From: a virus
Reading direction: 5' to 3' (one strand)
Length of the DNA: 64,000 bases
Virus record (IMG/VR): IMGVR_UViG_3300046007_003718
Coordinates: 32,001-96,000 of that record
Shown here piece after piece: positions 58,063-64,000 of the stretch (position 1 is the stretch's first letter; the number at the start of each line of letters is the position of its first letter). Both the position numbers and the translations under genes were made by a program. The notes beneath the pieces are model-generated. The model did no database searches. It was not told the DNA's origin and saw nothing but the letters and a program-made list of their open reading frames with translations.

Positions 58063-61000
58063 TTATAAAAACAAATCTTGATCTTCAGTGGGAAGTTGAT
58101 ATGAATCTTCTTCTATTGTAGCAGTTTGTTCAAAATTTGCAAGTTCTGGATAATGTGTGCCTTCTAGATTAAGACGATCTAAATTTCTAGCAATTCCCTG
58201 TTCATCAATTAACTCTCTCTGCTGTGAGGTTGACAGGTTTGCAGTTTTATTTATAGGCTTCCATTTGGCAGCACGGTTCCAATATTCAATTTCTTCTTTT
58301 GTTTTACCCTTTTGCCAAGGCTCGTCTTCTAGCCAATGTCCTCTTGTTGGATCATCTTCTTCTCTCATAAGTCTCATCGCCCTTTGTTGTATTTCCCAAG
58401 GAACTTCCAGTTTTTGATCTTCTTTATCTTCTTCGCCATAGACGTTATATCCAGATAAGGCTAATCCAGCCCCTTCCATAGCATTTGACCAAAATTCTTT
58501 TAGATTGGTTCTTTCATCTTCACTCAATTCATCTTTATAGGCTGGGTGACTTAAGTGAATTAAATGTTTAGTTTGAGGATTATAAAGACCTCTGACGGTA
58601 TGATCGTTATAAAGATTTCCAATCGTCATTTGATCATTGGCTTTTGCTAATGATTTGTTTTTTAATGCTTGATCATAAAGAACGTCTAAATGACCATTTC
58701 TATCGTTAGGAGAAACTTCTGTATGATATTCTCCTGTCTCTGGATTGTGAACAGAAATGATTGCATGGTATCCATCAATGTAATAAGCCTCTTTATCTAA
58801 AGAAGAGGTCTTTATTGGTTCAAACTTATATTTAGAAGTTCTCATCTTATCTTCATCTAAAGTAACCTCTACTCCAGATCCGCTTAAGTGAATATCTAAT
58901 TTTTTAGGACCATTATTAATTACCCTGACAAAATCAGGAACGGGATACTCGGGGGAAGTCATCTTGTAGATCTTCCCCCTTTCTAATAAATTTCCCTTAG
59001 TATCCTTCCATGCGGCTACTTTTGCAGTTGTTGCAGAGGGAAGGCCTGCTGCTGCTGGATTTGCCCTCTGACCGGCTGGAGAGATTGGAGACTGGCTGTT
59101 GGGATGGGGTGCTTGTTGAGCATTTAACCATTTTTTAGCCATTTCTGGGGGTACATTAGGATACATTTGAGAAAGTTGTGCCATCTCTTGTTGCTGCTTT
59201 TCTAATTCTGTTAATTGTAAAGGATTTGGTGGCAATCCAACATTTTGTGGACTAGCATTCCATCCAGCATTAGACATACCAGCGCCGGTATTTGGCATAG
59301 CAGTATAGTCAGCACTTTTTTCACTAGATGAACTTTTTTGTTTGCTTCTTTCTTCAGCAATCCAGTCTTTGACTTTCTTTCGTTCTTTATCTATTAAAGA
59401 AATTCTTTCAATTGGAGCGCCTTCGCTTTGCATTTCTAAAATAAGATTAGTTAAACGCTCTTCTTCGGCCATAAGTCTTGACAACATAGAGGAGTCTTGA
59501 GCCCATTTTTCTTGTTGAGGAGTGATTAAATTAGAATCTGCTTGTTGGTTAATTTTTTCATCTTCATTTTGGCCAACATGCTCACCCTTGGCGGGGAATC
59601 CTGCTTCTTCTTGAACAATACCTCTTGCCCAATCAAGGAGTTCTTTAAATTCCCACTCACCTTCTTCTTCTAAGAAATCTTTTCCTAAAGAAGAAGGGTC
59701 TGTTGCAAATCCCATCTCTTTTCTATCAGAAACTACTTCTGGATGGTTTTCAGCAATCCAATTTCCAACTTCAATAAAATTTCTTTCTGAAAAGTTTGAA
59801 GTTTTCCACTCAACGCCCAAGTTTGCAACTGCTGGATCAACTAAAGGGTCGCTATTTGCCACCTTTTGAGCCTGATCAATTGCCCAAATTGTTCTTTCTA
59901 ATCCAAACGCGGGAGAAAGTTCATTTACAATCTGCTCTTCGTGTGCGCCAGATTCAAGGTATTTAGCAACCTTTGCTAAAACTGGACGGTCTTCTTCTGC
60001 ATAATCTTCAAATAAAGATTCTTCAGTTTGAGCAAAAATTGGTCTGATTTTCAATTCATCGTGGGAAGCCATCGCTCCGGGAATGAGGCCCTGTCCTTGT
60101 GGCATCTTCTGAGGAGTTCCAGCGCCCTCAATTGGCACCGGGCTTGGAGTTTCATCTTGATTAGCAATAGAAGCACTACCTTCTGCTGGATCTGTTACGT
60201 CTGGAAGTCCACTATTACCTTCTTCTGGAGCGATTCCAGCGGGGAGTGGGCTTGTCATAACGGCATTGTGGTAATCTGCTGGGATTGCGGTGAGAATAGT
60301 CTGAAGTTCAGCAATGGTGCTGGCTTCGTGAGCATAACTAAAATAAACCCACCATTCTGCTCTATTCTCTGCTTCTCCAGAATCTGCCCAAGCCTTAAGA
60401 GCAGCGATAACTTGCGCTCTAAGAGTTTCAATGTCTTCATTTCTCTTTTTAGGTCCGGGGGATGTTGCAGATTGGAACATCAAGTTGTCTTCAACATGCT
60501 GATATGGCATTTCATAACGATTGTTTGCATAAGTAGGCTGAGGGCCTTTTAGATCCCAATCTGTAGTTTGTACCGGCGCTGCGCCTCCAACGGCTCCTCC
60601 ACCGCCCCCACCACCGGGAATTAAACTAGCAATACCAAGGCCCTTAAGAGCCGAGCCTAAACCACCTTTTGCTGCTTGCAAACCTTTTTGAGCAAAAGGA
60701 AGAAGTCTACCGGCCATAGGAAGGACTCTTGATGCAAGCATTCCTCCCGCAGCAAGAAGTGGAGCAATGGCGGTTTTATTCTCTCCCATCCTAAAACTGC
60801 TAATTCCATTTGTTTTGGGAGAGCCTAGAAGAGAAATAATTTCATGAGTTCCGGGAAGATCTTCTTCTCCTAATTCAGAATCTGAACAAGTGTGCAAAAA
60901 ATCCATAAAGCATGAGTTAAAGTGGTCTAATTCAGAACAATCTTCGCCATTTTCTTCTTTGGCTCTTTTTTCGTGATTGTAATCTTGTAAATATTGTTGA

Positions 61001-61137
61001 ATAAACGCCTCTGGGCGCTCTAGAGGATCCGGATATTCGTATGCCTCTGGGTCATAACCACTATCTGCGGGACTAACCATCTCTCCAATGGCTAGTTTTC
61101 TATCCAAACTGGACATTCTAAATGCGAAATCAGACAC
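58063..61137 (-). CDS. 1024-aa modular virion-type protein with one RGLYN domain
   Basis: KxA/KxS-delimited segments; YYIDGYHA...RGLYNP...HLSHP at ~58540-58785; AGGAG RBS. Confidence 0.75.
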   Translation of the reverse strand: MSDFAFRMSSLDRKLAIGEMVSPADSGYDPEAYEYPDPLERPEAFIQQYLQDYNHEKRAKEENGEDCSELDHFNSCFMDFLHTCSDSELGEEDLPGTHEIISLLGSPKTNGISSFRMGENKTAIAPLLAAGGMLASRVLPMAGRLLPFAQKGLQAAKGGLGSALKGLGIASLIPGGGGGGGAVGGAAPVQTTDWDLKGPQPTYANNRYEMPYQHVEDNLMFQSATSPGPKKRNEDIETLRAQVIAALKAWADSGEAENRAEWWVYFSYAHEASTIAELQTILTAIPADYHNAVMTSPLPAGIAPEEGNSGLPDVTDPAEGSASIANQDETPSPVPIEGAGTPQKMPQGQGLIPGAMASHDELKIRPIFAQTEESLFEDYAEEDRPVLAKVAKYLESGAHEEQIVNELSPAFGLERTIWAIDQAQKVANSDPLVDPAVANLGVEWKTSNFSERNFIEVGNWIAENHPEVVSDRKEMGFATDPSSLGKDFLEEEGEWEFKELLDWARGIVQEEAGFPAKGEHVGQNEDEKINQQADSNLITPQQEKWAQDSSMLSRLMAEEERLTNLILEMQSEGAPIERISLIDKERKKVKDWIAEERSKQKSSSSEKSADYTAMPNTGAGMSNAGWNASPQNVGLPPNPLQLTELEKQQQEMAQLSQMYPNVPPEMAKKWLNAQQAPHPNSQSPISPAGQRANPAAAGLPSATTAKVAAWKDTKGNLLERGKIYKMTSPEYPVPDFVRVINNGPKKLDIHLSGSGVEVTLDEDKMRTSKYKFEPIKTSSLDKEAYYIDGYHAIISVHNPETGEYHTEVSPNDRNGHLDVLYDQALKNKSLAKANDQMTIGNLYNDHTVRGLYNPQTKHLIHLSHPAYKDELSEDERTNLKEFWSNAMEGAGLALSGYNVYGEEDKEDQKLEVPWEIQQRAMRLMREEDDPTRGHWLEDEPWQKGKTKEEIEYWNRAAKWKPINKTANLSTSQQRELIDEQGIARNLDRLNLEGTHYPELANFEQTATIEEDSYQLPTEDQDLFL

Positions 61138-61180
61138 TTTAACTCCTTGTTATGAAGATCTACCCTTTATTATCAGGAAA

Positions 61181-62608
61181 CTACAACAATACAGGTTCTG
61201 TACCACCTACAGAAATGCTAATTATGTCTCCCGTCGCGGTTCCATGTACGGTTGAGTTATCATTAATATTCAATACGAGGGGGGCGGCTTTACCAATACC
61301 TGTTTTTTCTTTAAATGTAATCAATTGGAGGCCATTCAGGGCTATAGCACTAGTCAATTCACTAACAAAGAATTGATCGTCATCCTCTTTAAGAATAGAA
61401 GCACTTGTAATTTCAGAAATTAAGAATAGATGATCTAATCTTGCATAATCAGCATCATAATATGGTATTTCTGTCAATATTCCTCTTTGAAGACCAATGA
61501 GAGATATTCTATTATCCGATTCTGTTAGATTTGCAGAATCTTTACTAGTAGCGTTTGCATTTATCCTTACAAAATCTGAAAGAATTGACACATCAGAAGC
61601 GATTGCTCCAATAATTTTGTTTTCTATTAAATTAATTGAATCTAAACTATTCAAAGAGTTTTGAACAATTTCTGTTAAGTGGCCTGAATCGGCTACCGAC
61701 ACTGTGATAGTAATACTCTCTCCAAGTTGAATGTTTTCTACTCCAATTGGACTTGCTTCTAGCGTGCGGTTATCTTCAAAACTTAAAGAATCTAAAGCGC
61801 TATGATCTGTTGCAAGATTAAATGCTTCTTGATAAATAAATTGATCAGTAGATGATGCTGAAATCCCAAGAGAAGAAAGTGTATCGGTAATAAATAGACT
61901 ATCTTCCGCAATCAACGCAAGAGATATAAATTCTGATATGTCACCAGAGTCAACAACTGGGATAGATATATCAGGAGTATCTTCTGAGAGGATGGGATCA
62001 TCTAAAGATGAAAGTGTAGTTTGAATAAATTGATAATCAAACTCATCGTTCCAATGCATGTGATCAAGACCGGGGCCATCTGCTATTATGAATCCACTAA
62101 ATTCTATAAAAGTCTGATCAAGATCAATTGATTGTACAAAAGTAGAAATGCTTTGCACAAGATCAGTTGCTGCAACTTCATCAGATTGTCTAAGTGCTAT
62201 TGAATTTACAAAATCAGAAAGTGTTAATGAGTCTTCAATAAATATCTCAATTGTAGCAACATCTGCAAAAGAACTTGAGTCTTCAGAGACAAGAGATATA
62301 CTTATTTTGTCTGTAAAGTGAATAGTTTCATCAGGTACGGTAATAATAAATGTACCTATGAAATCCTGTATTGTGGCAGAATCAACACTATCAAAAGTAA
62401 TAGAAAGGACCGTATCTGATGCTAAAGCAGAATCAGATAGGTCTAAGTTTACATCAAGCGTTACTTTTTCTGCAAAAGAGGCGGAATCAAAGGGCGGCTC
62501 AATTATAAATGAAGCAATTGATTCTGAAAAAGTTACAGAATCTGAAGACTGAACACTCTTGTAAGGAATAGTAATTGCATCATCAATAAATGTAAAATTA
62601 GTTGACAT
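61181..62608 (-). CDS. Repetitive Ser/Asp/Ile-rich virion/tail protein
   Basis: Repeated S.DS...(S/T)(E/D) units; structural context. Confidence 0.6.
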   Translation of the reverse strand: MSTNFTFIDDAITIPYKSVQSSDSVTFSESIASFIIEPPFDSASFAEKVTLDVNLDLSDSALASDTVLSITFDSVDSATIQDFIGTFIITVPDETIHFTDKISISLVSEDSSSFADVATIEIFIEDSLTLSDFVNSIALRQSDEVAATDLVQSISTFVQSIDLDQTFIEFSGFIIADGPGLDHMHWNDEFDYQFIQTTLSSLDDPILSEDTPDISIPVVDSGDISEFISLALIAEDSLFITDTLSSLGISASSTDQFIYQEAFNLATDHSALDSLSFEDNRTLEASPIGVENIQLGESITITVSVADSGHLTEIVQNSLNSLDSINLIENKIIGAIASDVSILSDFVRINANATSKDSANLTESDNRISLIGLQRGILTEIPYYDADYARLDHLFLISEITSASILKEDDDQFFVSELTSAIALNGLQLITFKEKTGIGKAAPLVLNINDNSTVHGTATGDIISISVGGTEPVLL

Positions 62609-62644
62609 TAGATCACCTATCTATTATGTGCCGTATAAACACAG

Positions 62645-62665
62645 AAACCCGCCGAAGCGGGTAAC
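62645..62665 (-). terminator. Intrinsic terminator
   Basis: acccgc-ttcg-gcgggt followed by ttct. Confidence 0.7.
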
Positions 62666-62689
62666 TGATTTGTTTTAGGCTAATTTGCA

Positions 62690-63262
62690 TTAGGCTAATG
62701 AAAGTGATACAGAAAAAGTCCACGTTGAAGCAGAAGTCTTTGATCCAAGATCTTCTTGCTTACGGTTAAGCATTCTTCCGCCAGATGAGCCATTAAATAC
62801 ACCCCACTCATACCAGTGAAAGTTGGCATCTGCGGTTCCGTATGTTGAACGGAAGGTAATTGTACCGGCTCCTGCACCAGTCCCGTCTGAGTGTTGTGGA
62901 TAAGTTGAATCCATAGCCTTACGGATTTGGTTTGCAGTACCACCAGAAGCCTGCAAATCGTTTTGAGTTGCAGCAGCGGCAACAGTTCCATTGCCTACTC
63001 CAATGTGAGCGTTAGCATTGTTAAAGTAAGTAAGAGTTTGACCGCTTGATGCATTACCATTTCCGATAAGAGTTTCCCAAATACAAGAAGCCCCACCATG
63101 CATGAGAAGGTTGCCCTCTTTTTCAAATACTTCATAAGGTTGGCTTAGATCTTCGCCATGATATTTTTCAACTCTCCAACGGGCTTTCCACTGGATTGGT
63201 TGGTGAGTTTCATAATTAGCGCCAATTACGCTAGCCTCACCCATTCTTGCTGATTCTTTCAT
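62690..63262 (-). CDS. Virion structural protein (tail-associated)
   Basis: IGVGNGT...ANFHWYEWGVFN...GRMLNRK...KTS pattern of baseplate/tail proteins. Confidence 0.65.
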   Translation of the reverse strand: MKESARMGEASVIGANYETHQPIQWKARWRVEKYHGEDLSQPYEVFEKEGNLLMHGGASCIWETLIGNGNASSGQTLTYFNNANAHIGVGNGTVAAAATQNDLQASGGTANQIRKAMDSTYPQHSDGTGAGAGTITFRSTYGTADANFHWYEWGVFNGSSGGRMLNRKQEDLGSKTSASTWTFSVSLSLA

Positions 63263-63344
63263 TTTAAGTATTTCCTTTCTTTTACGCGCATAAAAGATAT
63301 TTTCTTCTTATATTAAAGCAAAGTGTGTGGTTAGAAAGAAGGAT

Positions 63345-64000
63345 TTAAGATATTTCTGCTGATGCTGTGTAAGAAAATCCATAAGTATACCCGCTACTGG
63401 GTATTCCACTAGTATTTCCCACAGTATAAAAACCATCATGGGTAATGTTTCCAGCAGTCATTGCATACCCTGAATTTGTATTTGATACATAAACACTTCC
63501 AGCACTACCACCAAGATATGTACTATTATATAAAACAATTACTGGATCTGTTCTCATTCTCGTTGGAAAAATTGCTCCAGTTCTGGCAACAGTGCCGTTA
63601 CCAGAATTACCATCGGCATAGACCATAGAATCATTTCTCAAAAAATACCTTCTACATAAAGATAGTTCTTGTTTAAACGTTCTTTGTTGAAAAGGAGTTG
63701 CTGTTGGACCTAACTCTAATTGTACCCCGGATAATTGCCAAGTAGCCGCAGCGGTTGCCATAAGGTTTGTTGATCCAGACGGTTGATTATAATTAGCGCT
63801 TTCCCATGTGTTTATGTTTGAAGTTGTAAATGAAGATCCGTGGCCTAGTGACCAATTAATTATCAATCCACCTGTTGTCGTCTTTTCCCACGTTCCAGTA
63901 TTGTCTGCTGTGAAAGTTATAATCTTTCTTTCCCAAGTATTTGCAGCATTAATTGTATAAGAAAAGGTATAGGATCTATTCAATGCGTCATTTTTAAATG
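63345..64000 (-). CDS. Tail fibre / receptor-binding protein, C-terminal part (5' end outside window)
   Basis: VQLELGPTATPF...ELSLCRRYF...MRTDP...YTASAEI; frame open to the window edge. Confidence 0.75.
   Translation of the reverse strand, partial: FKNDALNRSYTFSYTINAANTWERKIITFTADNTGTWEKTTTGGLIINWSLGHGSSFTTSNINTWESANYNQPSGSTNLMATAAATWQLSGVQLELGPTATPFQQRTFKQELSLCRRYFLRNDSMVYADGNSGNGTVARTGAIFPTRMRTDPVIVLYNSTYLGGSAGSVYVSNTNSGYAMTAGNITHDGFYTVGNTSGIPSSGYTYGFSYTASAEIS

Noticed and set aside
1-64000. Alternative genetic code
   Set aside because: Core genes are full length under the standard code, and TAA, TAG and TGA all end genes at sensible positions.

Overview
This window is a segment of a large tailed dsDNA phage genome, probably actinobacterial (inferred from the gene families and the GC-rich early region). 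Essentially all real genes are on the minus strand. In transcription order (right to left): tail/virion genes (61-64 kb); a 1024-aa modular virion-type protein; a host-like replication and recombination block (DnaC-like loader, DnaB, DnaG, SSB, RNase H, DnaE, RecA, two resolvases, a Cas4-like nuclease); a sigma region-4 protein; terminase; two large acidic head-associated proteins; portal; and nucleotide genes (metallophosphoesterase, dNMP kinase, ThyX). A roughly 20-kb region of small genes (9-29 kb) follows, driven by many repeated sigma70-type promoters. It becomes very GC-rich at 9-17 kb and ends in a split UvrD helicase and non-coding repeats. Past an abrupt compositional junction near 9 kb lie small genes, a pyrimidine-dimer glycosylase-like gene and a >1700-aa ORF that runs off the window and is absent from the ORF track. 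Most notable: (1) a canonical hammerhead ribozyme followed by a structured RNA and an anticodon-less tRNA-like gene at 23.5-23.9 kb; (2) beads-on-a-string polyproteins whose modules, including a domain repeated six times (RGLYN), are delimited by K-x-[A/S/G] sites; (3) a UvrD split into two separately promoted genes; (4) a strongly enriched TAAACG motif tied to early promoters. All family calls come from motif recognition by eye; no searches were run.
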